IMG/VR virus record: IMGVR_UViG_3300047586_000066
Location: 1 to 64,000 of that record
Origin: a virus
Length of the DNA stretch: 64,000 bases
Reading direction: 5' to 3' (one strand)
The notes under the pieces were generated by a model. The model had not been told where the DNA came from and searched no databases. It was given only the letters and a program-made list of their open reading frames with translations. Position 1 is the stretch's first letter; each line of letters starts with the position of its first letter. Shown one piece after another: positions 7,852-15,902 of this stretch. Made by a program: the position numbers and the translations under genes.

Positions 7852-9390
7852 TTAGTCTTCGGATTGCGAACCATAATTGAAAGCCTCCTTGAGAGTCAGA
7901 AGCGGAGTCGCCAGGACTTCATCAACCAGGCTGTACCGGTTCGTTCTCATGGTTTTGACCAGGTTTGCCACGGAATAGTAATCGATGGTTCCCTTGGTCA
8001 AATCGAATTCCTGGAGGTCGAATCCATTGCTCTTCATCGACACAGCCAGATCGACGTCGCCCCAGCCCTGTGCTCCCTTCGCGCAACGATACAGGTAAAC
8101 AGGAACCTGTTTGTCGGCGAACTTGGAATAAAGCTGGTACGCATTCGCAAAGATGGGAGGAGTGTTCTCCTGGGCATCCGAGATAATAGCAATGCCGTCG
8201 AGCTCTTCTTTCCCTTCCAGAGCACGCGCAAGTCCGCAACCGATCGATGTCCCGCCCATGGCGTTTATATTCCGTGTCCTTTTAACGATCTCATCATAAG
8301 CCATGTTGGTGACGTCAATGGTTTGAGGAGTCTGGTCGAAAAAGCTCAGGGAGACTTTACCCATTGCCATTTTCGCCAGGACTCCGGCAACCATGCGGGC
8401 TACCTCTATGGTTGCTCCCATGGACCCAGACTTATCACCCAGCACCAGCCAGTTACCCTCTACGGCGCCAAGCGCCTGAATCTGTTTTTCCTGAACAGAG
8501 TTCAGCTTCGCCTTGAGCTTCTCATCTCCGATAGCTTCCGCGGCTCGAGATGTCTTGAAGGTGGACTTCTTGGACTTCGAAGCCTTTTCCAGCGCCTCTT
8601 CGTATGCCGCTCGAAGAGCAGGGTTGTCTTTGATACCCATCTTCTCCAGCATCTTTGTGCTGTTGATCAACTGTAAAGACGTCATCCCTTGGATCAGAGC
8701 CAGTACGACATCCGGATCCTTTGCCTTCTCACCCAGAGCACCCATAACAATCATCGGAGGAAGATTCTTTTCGAGAATCGTTCCCGCTATTTCCCTGGGA
8801 CTCATGTCCTTCAGGTGGGCCACGGCATGAAATACGCTGCCAGCCGGCAACGGCGATCTGACGGGCTTCCGTCCTTCGGCCTTTGCCTTCAGGCGTTCGT
8901 CCAGCGTATGACCGAAAATAACAATGTTCACGTAATCCGACCCAGGCTTTACGTCCGCAAGGGCGTAGAGTTCGTGAAGCACCGCTCGGTGCTGGATGGC
9001 CATTCGTTCCCATCCGTTCTTTTCCTTCTCATGCAAATAGGTTCCGATGAACCGTTTCAACGTCTTGCCATGGCCTGGGGTCCTGACCTCGAGGGCAAAG
9101 CGATAAGCCTTCAAGAGTTCCCTGGGATTCAATAAAGACAGCGCAGCCAGAGAGTTCTCGATGAATTCCTTGGGAAAATCAGAAACCATCAAGGAAACTA
9201 TAGGCAGAGCTGCCTTGGCATCGCGTATCTGCCCATTGATGCGATCCCAGGCAATCATGTGAGCGAAGAATTCCGGATCATTCGAAGCAGCCAGTTTCCC
9301 CACGCGCACGTATTCATTGAGTTTTCCGTGCGGAGATTTGCTGAGTTCAGACAAAATTTGGTTCTTGGTTACTTTGATGGTCTCGGTCAT
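7852..9390 (-). CDS. Ro60/Rsr-like TROVE + vWA RNA-binding protein
   Basis: ATG 9390 (MTETIKV) after AAGGAG; about 512 aa; helical N-terminal region (DPEFFAHMIAW...IRD), C-terminal vWA with MIDAS LVLGDKSGSM, GGTSIG, IISDAQEN; flanked by Y-like RNAs and tRNAs. Confidence 0.82.
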   Translation of the reverse strand: MTETIKVTKNQILSELSKSPHGKLNEYVRVGKLAASNDPEFFAHMIAWDRINGQIRDAKAALPIVSLMVSDFPKEFIENSLAALSLLNPRELLKAYRFALEVRTPGHGKTLKRFIGTYLHEKEKNGWERMAIQHRAVLHELYALADVKPGSDYVNIVIFGHTLDERLKAKAEGRKPVRSPLPAGSVFHAVAHLKDMSPREIAGTILEKNLPPMIVMGALGEKAKDPDVVLALIQGMTSLQLINSTKMLEKMGIKDNPALRAAYEEALEKASKSKKSTFKTSRAAEAIGDEKLKAKLNSVQEKQIQALGAVEGNWLVLGDKSGSMGATIEVARMVAGVLAKMAMGKVSLSFFDQTPQTIDVTNMAYDEIVKRTRNINAMGGTSIGCGLARALEGKEELDGIAIISDAQENTPPIFANAYQLYSKFADKQVPVYLYRCAKGAQGWGDVDLAVSMKSNGFDLQEFDLTKGTIDYYSVANLVKTMRTNRYSLVDEVLATPLLTLKEAFNYGSQSED

Positions 9391-9407
9391 GACGGCACTC
9401 CTTTTAA

Positions 9408-9497
9408 TCGCTGGAAGTCGATCGGCTTGGGTAGACAAAGGGCACAAGGCCCTCCGCCTCATGTGTTCAAGACATGTAGGCCAGTCAGTACCAGCGA
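9408..9497 (-). ncRNA. Y-RNA-like unit Y5 (payload: UGA anticodon-like arm plus hairpin)
   Basis: TCGCTGG-TACTGAC-TGGCCT-ACATG...AAGCCG-ATCGACTT-CCAGCGA; hairpin CATGT CTTGAAC ACATG. Confidence 0.75.
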
Positions 9498-9504
9498 AAC
9501 TTAA

Positions 9505-9639
9505 TGGCGGCAAGTCGGTGAGGCTTTTTTGCTTGACGAACCCCCCATAAGGTAAAAGGTGGGGGGTCCAGGATTTGAACCTGGGTTGACTTCGTGTTAT
9601 GAAGTTGTCTTAACCATGTATCCTCATCAGTGACCGCCA
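9505..9639 (-). ncRNA. Y-RNA-like unit Y4 (tRNA permuted in the D loop)
   Basis: TGGCGG-TCACTGA-TGAGG-ATACATG...CCTCA-CCGACTT-GCCGCCA; order 3' D half, anticodon arm, T arm CCAGG TTCAAAT CCTGG, closed acceptor ACCCCCC/GGGGGGT, 5' D half. Confidence 0.82.
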
Positions 9640-9645
9640 AACTCA

Positions 9646-9712
9646 TTGGCTCCCGACCCACGATGGGAATTTCCGCAAATTACAAACCGTTAGGTTCCTT
9701 TACGAGAGCCAA
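9646..9712 (-). ncRNA. Structured ncRNA Z2 (second type)
   Basis: TTGGCTCTC/GGGAGCCAA closing stem, GTAAA, CCCA-TCG-TGGG hairpin. Confidence 0.55.
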
Positions 9713-9716
9713 ACTC

Positions 9717-9795
9717 TTTGGCCTCCCACCCTTTGGGACTGTCTCCTCTTTCCTCAGAAACAAACAGGCCAAACAGGACATTTACAGAGGCCAAA
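9717..9795 (-). ncRNA. Structured ncRNA Z1 (second type)
   Basis: TTTGGCCTC/GAGGCCAAA closing stem, GTAAA, TGTC/GACA, CCC-AAA-GGG. Confidence 0.55.
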
Positions 9796-9798
9796 CTC

Positions 9799-10110
9799 TT
9801 ATTTTCTAAGCTCTGGGGGGACAAACGCATCTTCCTTGATGTTCTGCTCCGCTAAAACCGTATGATCTTTCTGCAAGCTGTTCAAGATCGCTGCCAGGAT
9901 TCTCCAGTACCAGCGTTTGTCCTTTCCCCTATTGCATCGGCTCGAGATCGTTTCCCCGGGAAGTCCGCCGAGGAGTGCGTTGAAAAACTCGTCGATTCCG
10001 ATCAGGAGGTAATAGATAAAGAGTCTCCAGCCGCGCTTCCTCCCATTGAGGATAGCTGTCAGCACAATGACTCCGAGAAGGAGCCAGAAGAATCCTTTTA
10101 CCCAGATCAT
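9799..10110 (-). CDS. Small membrane protein inside the ncRNA array
   Basis: ATG 10110 after AGGAGG; two hydrophobic segments; IDEFFNALLGGLPGETISSR motif seen in small phage membrane proteins. Confidence 0.7.
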   Translation of the reverse strand: MIWVKGFFWLLLGVIVLTAILNGRKRGWRLFIYYLLIGIDEFFNALLGGLPGETISSRCNRGKDKRWYWRILAAILNSLQKDHTVLAEQNIKEDAFVPPELRK

Positions 10111-10129
10111 CGTTTCCTCCTGAATTTGC

Positions 10130-10252
10130 TTGGCCTGCAAGTCGGCTAAGGTTTCATTGCGTCTCCCACTCGGGAGCCCCCCCATACTGTGATTTGTGGA
10201 GGGGGGCCGATGTGATCGGCTTCACATGTACCCTTATTCAGTAACAGGCCAA
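10130..10252 (-). ncRNA. Y-RNA-like unit Y3 (degenerate permuted tRNA-like payload)
   Basis: TTGGCCTG-TTACTGA-ATAAGGG-TACATG...CCTTAG-CCGACTT-GCAGGCCAA; GCCGA/TCGGC arm, CCCCTCC/GGGGGGG stem, CTCCC GAGT GGGAG. Confidence 0.75.
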
Positions 10253-10258
10253 ATTCTA

Positions 10259-10401
10259 TGGCGGCAAGTCGATCAGCTCGTTGTCGTCGCGTTTGCCATT
10301 TCCGCCATCCCCCCACAAGTAGGGGGAGTAGGAATCGAACCTACAATCTCCCTTTCGGGAAAAACGGGCCCTAAGCCATGTAAGCTCCAAAGTAGACGCC
10401 A
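10259..10401 (-). ncRNA. Y-RNA-like unit Y2 (tRNA-Leu(UAG) permuted in the anticodon stem; YrlA-like T-acceptor-D order)
   Basis: TGGCG-TCTACTTTG-GAGCTT-ACATG...GAGCTG-ATCGACTT-GCCGCCA; variable arm TTTCCC GAAA GGGAGA, T arm GTAGG TTCGATT CCTAC, closed acceptor TCCCCCT/GGGGGGA, D arm GCGGAAATGGCAAACGC. Confidence 0.85.
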
Positions 10402-10410
10402 AATGTTTAT

Positions 10411-10543
10411 GTTCCCTGGAAGTCGATCAGCTTCTCCCTTGCGGGAATCGAATAGATGGAATCGAACCACCTACACACAGAGTTCAAATCTGTTGCTCTA
10501 CCAAATGAGCTATATTCATGTAAGCTAGTCAGTACCAGGGAAC
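10411..10543 (-). ncRNA. Y-RNA-like unit Y1 (tRNA-like payload in normal order, UGA anticodon)
   Basis: GTTCCCTGG-TACTGAC-TAGCTT-ACATG...AAGCTG-ATCGACTT-CCAGGGAAC; D arm GCTCATTTGGTAGAGC, ACAGA-TT TGA AC-TCTGT, T arm GGTGG TTCGATT CCATC. Confidence 0.82.
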
Positions 10544-10546
10544 GAT

Positions 10547-11044
10547 TTAATTAGTGCGAATGATCTGCCAGTGTCCGTCTTTGGTCCGCGTCACCCTCGG
10601 GTTTGAGCTCTTCATGTCCTTATGAAGGATCCCGTAGAGTGTTTGTATCGGACGCTTCCCTTTGACCGCCTGCCCTTCAGCTTCAAGCTCTTTCAGGAGT
10701 TCCGGTGTACTGTACCGGCCACGTACCAGAAGTTTGAGAACGTTCTGGATAATTCCCGTTCGGCTTCTCCTTGGCTTGAGATTAGGCGCGGCCAGACTGA
10801 TTGGCTTTGCCTTCTGAGAAGCGGCCTTTAATAGACTCGCTGGTTTTGAGTGGAGTGTTGGGTTCCGAGATGTCCCATTCGTCAGAACCTTGTCGATCTC
10901 CTTAACCAAAGAATCAGCGATGTCTCTGTGTTGGCAGAGATCCGACCGCAAGCCCTTGAGTCTAGTAGTCATTTCGGTTCCAAGTACGGCGTTCATCTTT
11001 TTACCCTCGCCCATTACTCTACGCACGCGCTTATTTCTTGTCAA
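10547..11044 (-). CDS. Winged-helix (HARE-HTH-like) DNA-binding protein
   Basis: C-terminal VLKLLVRGRYSTPELLKEL...GKRPIQTLYGIL...GHWQI. Confidence 0.55.
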   Translation of the reverse strand: MTRNKRVRRVMGEGKKMNAVLGTEMTTRLKGLRSDLCQHRDIADSLVKEIDKVLTNGTSRNPTLHSKPASLLKAASQKAKPISLAAPNLKPRRSRTGIIQNVLKLLVRGRYSTPELLKELEAEGQAVKGKRPIQTLYGILHKDMKSSNPRVTRTKDGHWQIIRTN

Positions 11045-11465
11045 GAACGAAATTCTTGTCTTCCAGATCGAATCCGTTTTGAGCCGCCCGGAGGCTGATT
11101 CTATTGACCAGCTCTACTGCAAAATTCCGAGCCATTTGATAGATTTCTTTCGGATCCATGGTTCCAGGAAAATCGGCCGCAATCCCTCTTTCCATCCAAT
11201 CGATCGGATTAACGTCTCCGGAGAGGGCCTGCTTCGCTCTCCCTGTGGCCGTCTCTCTGCCGAGTTTGCGATTGAACGGATATGTCCACTGGCATCGTCC
11301 GATCCCGTAGACCATTCTTTGGTCTTTTTTTAGGATAACGATCGTGGCCGCTTTGCTTCCTGCCAACTTGATATCGTTCCCGATCTCTCCCTTCCTGGGA
11401 AGCTGGTCATTACGAATGTGGAACACGTATTGATAATCCGGTTCTAAGGCGTGGAATGCTCTCAT
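11031..11465 (-). CDS. Hypothetical protein
   Basis: 144 aa, GIGRC...FNRKLGRETATGRA phage-type motif. Confidence 0.55.
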   Translation of the reverse strand: MRAFHALEPDYQYVFHIRNDQLPRKGEIGNDIKLAGSKAATIVILKKDQRMVYGIGRCQWTYPFNRKLGRETATGRAKQALSGDVNPIDWMERGIAADFPGTMDPKEIYQMARNFAVELVNRISLRAAQNGFDLEDKNFVLDKK

Positions 11466-11704
11466 ACTTCACCTTTCTTGGTTTTCACCTTTCGGGGCCT
11501 GCCAGGCTTCCCAGGGTGTTTAAGCATTTTTAGTTTGTCCCAGTATCTTCGATAGGACTTCTTCGTCAAACAGGCCCGACACATTCTCCTTCGGCTTCCT
11601 TTTTTTGAGGTATAGATCAGGAGATTGGCTCCCGCATAAGGATGGCCGTGGGGGCAATGTGTCTTATCCTTGTTATGTGGGCCTTTCGGTTTCCGTTTCC
11701 GCAT
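11462..11704 (-). CDS. HNH-associated zinc-binding small protein
   Basis: KTHCPHGHPY...RRMCRAC. Confidence 0.6.
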   Translation of the reverse strand: MRKRKPKGPHNKDKTHCPHGHPYAGANLLIYTSKKGSRRRMCRACLTKKSYRRYWDKLKMLKHPGKPGRPRKVKTKKGEV

Positions 11705-12566
11705 TTGGCACTTTCCCAGCCGTTGCTTCGATAACAAGCTCTTTGCCGTTTCCCAGTTTATACTTTACGCTGGCATCCCCGATCATTCGCATGTTTCCTA
11801 AATTCGCATCATCAATCGGGTTTTTCGGCATCAAAACTATTTGAGCCTTTCCGTCTTCGAATAGGAACCTTACATCCATGGTCATACTCCCACAGTATAG
11901 TAAATCTTGTCAATAGAAAGTTATTGCTTACTCTACTTTTTTAAGATCTGGGATTCGCTCTACATTAGAGATATCTCTCTCATCCACAGGCTGCGAAGTT
12001 CCAGAAGTAAATCGGTAGACAATCCCGGTCATTCCGCCCACGACAGCAAGTTCTCCAGGTCCATCATATTTGAAACGAACAGTCCCGGCCGGGTTGCTCA
12101 TCGCCCGGCGCCGATCTCCGCAGCATCCCATTTTTATTTACTTCCTTTGAATTCTTGGGGGATTCCTTCTCCTAAAGGTTTTCCCTCTTTGTCTCTGATG
12201 ACGGTTTTTGTCTTTTCATCAAGGATGAGCTTTTCTCCTTTTTTGTACTCTCCGGCCGGAACCGCATAGACAGTGCCTTTGATCGGAGTCGGCAGCTCCA
12301 TCCCATCCTCGTCCATGTAAAAAGTGAACGGAGTCGCTCTTCCCATATATTTGTTAAGGACAGGAGCAAATGTAAGCATTCCTTCCTGGGTGTGCCACGC
12401 CGGAATAACGGAACCGATAATCCAGTCATTGAATATGCTGGCGTCGAAAGTAGGAGGTTGGATCTCCACCTTAAAGAAATTCCCAGCATGAACAATCCGA
12501 ATAAACAATCGGAACTCCGGAGCCCATTTGTATCCGGCAGCATTGGCTTTGTAAATTTGTCCGAAA

Positions 12567-12869
12567 TTAGGAACGGTCTTTGCCATCGTGTTCAACCTTT
12601 CTGGTTAGTCTTTCAATTACGACCGACGCCCCGGAGAGCGCCAGCCAGTTCAATATAAGCTCATTGACAGTGTTGCTGAACAGCATCGACACGGGAAGAG
12701 CCGCCCACACGCTCACGCAAAATGGACAATCCATCAGCTTTCCGATCCGGTTGGCGCCCGCTCCCTCTCGCATGAGGGCAATAATATCGCCGGGCCCATC
12801 CTCGAAGGCGATCATGTGAGATACCCTGTAAACAGCTAGGCCGCCGATGGTCAGTTCTACGAGGTTCAT
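12567..12869 (-). CDS. DUF1360-like membrane protein
   Basis: LAVYRVSHMIAFEDGP...LMDCPFCVSVW. Confidence 0.7.
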   Translation of the reverse strand: MNLVELTIGGLAVYRVSHMIAFEDGPGDIIALMREGAGANRIGKLMDCPFCVSVWAALPVSMLFSNTVNELILNWLALSGASVVIERLTRKVEHDGKDRS

Positions 12870-13375
12870 CCTTCGCTCGGTTTTCCTTCGATCAGCTCTT
12901 GGATATCCCCGAGAGCTTTCCTGGCTAGGGCCGATACTTCTCTGAGTTTGTCGGTCTCTCCGCCGCGCTTCCAGAGAATCAGAGTGTTCCGGATCTTGCC
13001 CAAGGTCACCAGGGCGATCTGAAATGCAGCCCGCATCCTGGAGATCTCCTCAATCATGCTCTCCCGGCAGAAATGACCAGGCTTGAACGGTTCCCCACAG
13101 TCCGGACATTGAGGATAGTCCGGATTCGCGTCTGACAGCGGAGGCGCTACTGGACGTTCATTTTCCCCATCCATATCCCTACCTCATTGAAAACCCGGAC
13201 GAAATCAGCCTCGGACACCTTGTCCGATTTGATAGCCAGGACTCCGTAAGCTCCTTCTGCATTCGGGATGCCGACCATCAGACCAAGAAGACGGATCTTT
13301 GAGCAGCGATCTTCCAGAGCAGCCTCGAACTCATGCATGACCTTATTGGCTTCCTCAATTTCCTCGGCCGTGACG

Positions 13376-13633
13376 CTAACCTTGGTTCCCATCGGCTTCC
13401 TTCTTGACCGGTTCGTCCGTGACCCGATGGTATTTGTAACCTCGCTTCAAAACCAGGTTGACAATTTTCCCTTTGGATTGAGCGTGTACCAGCTCTTCCC
13501 AAACCTGCTCCGGAACGTCCTCATAGACATACACCGTTCCGTTGGTGAATTTCACGAAGCATTCACGAGTTGGCTCATGGTATCTGATAGCGATCACATT
13601 TGAGCTGCCGTAAACCGGCATCCAGTCTGTCAC
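13376..13633 (-). CDS. KTSC-domain protein
   Basis: SSNVIAIRY...VKFTNGTVYVYEDVP...AQSKGK. Confidence 0.85.
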   Translation of the reverse strand: MTDWMPVYGSSNVIAIRYHEPTRECFVKFTNGTVYVYEDVPEQVWEELVHAQSKGKIVNLVLKRGYKYHRVTDEPVKKEADGNQG

Positions 13634-14712
13634 GTTTGCCTCCTACTGAGTTCGGTTATGGTTCCAGATCTCAATGCGTCTGGTGTCGTCCTCTTGTTGC
13701 TCATCCAGAACGGGACTACGCCAGCACGTGGTCTTGAATTCGTGCTTCGGCTCTCCATTGTGCTCTGGAATTATGTGATACCGAACCAGTTCCTTATCAG
13801 TTGTCTTTGACGGGTTTCCCATGTCTGTGTACTCCCTCGTGGCCAGTTGGATCCATATGCCAAAGTGGATGGCTTTGAACAATAAATCTGGGTTTGTCGA
13901 GCTTCTCGAGTCCGTCTCGAATGACCTCGGAAAGCACTGTGATAGCCGCGGAAAGGTTAGTTCCGTCCGTGGTCGCCATAGTATGTCGGCTGTAGATCTT
14001 TTCGGAAATCTCCCTATGCCGCTCGATCAGATCATCTTTCCCATGCGCCATCTTTCCAGGAATAGTTTTCGCTCCACTTCCGTCTTCGGCACGAACACTA
14101 TCTCCCGGGTCTTCTGCCGGAAGAACAGCGTTATGCTTGAGATCAGCATCAGAGCGAAGATGGTCCCCAAGCAGCCGATCAACCAGCTCGGAGCGTGATA
14201 GCGTTCCAGATAAAGCCATACCAGCCCCGCACTCAAAACAACTTTTAATGGGCTGTGGGGAAGTCGGTTCCACGGTATTACCAGTTGATCTTTCTCGCTC
14301 ATAGATGCTCTCCAGATCTAATTTGATGCGTTCATCGTAACCTTGGAAAAGTATTCTCCCAAGAGTTTGCCATTTATTTTTGTTGTAACCTGGCTGTCCG
14401 ACCGCAGAAGTCCAAAGATCGTGGTAGAGCTTCCACGGCAATCCCGACTGAGGCAATCCCATTTGACCTCCTAAACTGCTTGCATCTGCTTTTTCCGCTC
14501 CTCTAGGAAAGCGAAGGTTGCCGGATCATCAGCCTTGAGGCGACGACATTCCTCTTTGCTGTAGGCCCGCCACTGTCCATTGTTCCCATAAGTGAGATAT
14601 CCTCCGCACTTGTAGCAGATGTTCGTATCTCCCTCGACTGGGATCTTTCCGGAAAGGTTCCGGCTAAGATCGACCTCTCGGCCGCATAAAGGGCAATTAT
14701 TCATAATGCTCC

Positions 14713-15327
14713 TTACTGGACCGATGGTTGAGCCGACTCACCGGTTGGAGTCTCCATAGGAAGAACCATCTGGAAGGCTTCACGCATCTTGACCAGATCG
14801 GATCTCCAGGCCCCATGGCGCTCAACGATGGCGCAGAATTCCTCAACATCGTGATCCTTGATGTAGAAGCCCTTGGGATCCCGGGCGCAATGGCACAACT
14901 CATGATCGACCAGGGCAATCTGCTGTTCGATGGTCAGGATGTCCCAGCGGTACTCGTCGATTTCGATGATGAAGTCGAACCCGGTGAGCGTGTAATAGAT
15001 TGCCGGAACGTTTCGCGCCGTGCCTATAGCCTTGCGCTTTCCTATTCTTTGCGGAGCCTGGATTGCAATCCTCCCGTCCTTGTCCCGCGGAGTCAGTTTC
15101 ATCAAATAAGCTATCTTCGCGCTGGCAAGGTGGATATGGTGGACCTTGATGAGATCTTTTGCGATCTCCTCAACTCGTTCGGACACTTCGTATTCGGCAG
15201 CCATGTTTTTTCTCCCTCCCTTGGAGATATGTTTTGTGATGCAATCGAGGCAGAGTCCATTATCTGTAGCCCCGGATTTCTGGCACTTGCTACATTTCTG
15301 ATCCATGTTCACGGTTATGGTAAGCAT
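14713..15327 (-). CDS. Putative phage metallopeptidase
   Basis: ALVDHELCH and HDVEEF...VERHG motifs; N-terminal CxxC pair. Confidence 0.75.
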   Translation of the reverse strand: MLTITVNMDQKCSKCQKSGATDNGLCLDCITKHISKGGRKNMAAEYEVSERVEEIAKDLIKVHHIHLASAKIAYLMKLTPRDKDGRIAIQAPQRIGKRKAIGTARNVPAIYYTLTGFDFIIEIDEYRWDILTIEQQIALVDHELCHCARDPKGFYIKDHDVEEFCAIVERHGAWRSDLVKMREAFQMVLPMETPTGESAQPSVQ

Positions 15328-15902
15328 CGGATCTACCTCTTCGTCCTTCTGAATTTGTCTGCCTCCGGGCACGTTGCGAAGTGCGCGGTACAGTCATCGT
15401 TCAGAGGTATCATTTTTCCGTTTGGGGTCTCCCAGAATTCTATGGGAGCATGACACGATCGGCACTGGGATGCACTCTTAAATTTGTATCCCTGTGCCTC
15501 GAGCTCTTCTTCTGTTTTCGGAAAAGGCATCCTATCTCTCCTGTTGATATTTGACTATATGGCATCCAGGCAGTTTGCAGTTAGTCTGTTCGTGGAGTTT
15601 CATCGCAATATCCTTGATGTCCATGCTTCCGGCCCAGCTCACGAAAACGAGCTTCTCGCACTTGAAATAAATGGTCCAGGGACCAGTGTATCCCTTTTTA
15701 GCCCTGCTCTCCGACTTCTTTTTGTACGCCACTTTCCCGATTTTGTCCCTGTGACTTTTGTCCACTGGTTTCCTCCAGTTTTACCTCTCGAATTATCGTT
15801 GCCTTCCTGATCAGCAATAGTGCCAGCTTATCAGCTTCATCTTCATCAAGAGAGAGAACGTTCACTGGATCGTTGAAGAGCATTACTATCTTCATGGAAT
15901 CC

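Noticed and set aside
7801-9135. Long plus-strand ORFs (7801..8676, 8689..9135) and similar antisense ORFs across the window
   Set aside because: Shadow frames of well-supported opposite-strand genes with no recognisable motifs.
9484-9490. TACTGAC as a spliceosomal branch-point-like sequence
   Set aside because: Exact in only two of five units and there is no group II intron structure; better explained as part of the Y-like helix.
9622-9630. Hammerhead ribozyme core (CTGATGAG in Y4; CTGATGA at 43093)
   Set aside because: No correctly placed GAAA or stem III, and CTGATGA is not conserved in sister units.
10449-10519. Ordinary tRNA-Ser(TGA) gene
   Set aside because: Only 5 Watson-Crick acceptor pairs, no CCA, no long variable arm, and it is embedded in the Y-like scaffold; treated as a payload.
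9408-10543. CRISPR array
   Set aside because: Units share structure and short motifs rather than identical direct repeats, the payloads are tRNA-like, and there are no cas genes.
11895-11913. Minus-strand TTGACA...TATACT promoter (similar case near 1883-1902)
   Set aside because: The hexamers are only 8-9 nt apart, incompatible with sigma70 geometry.
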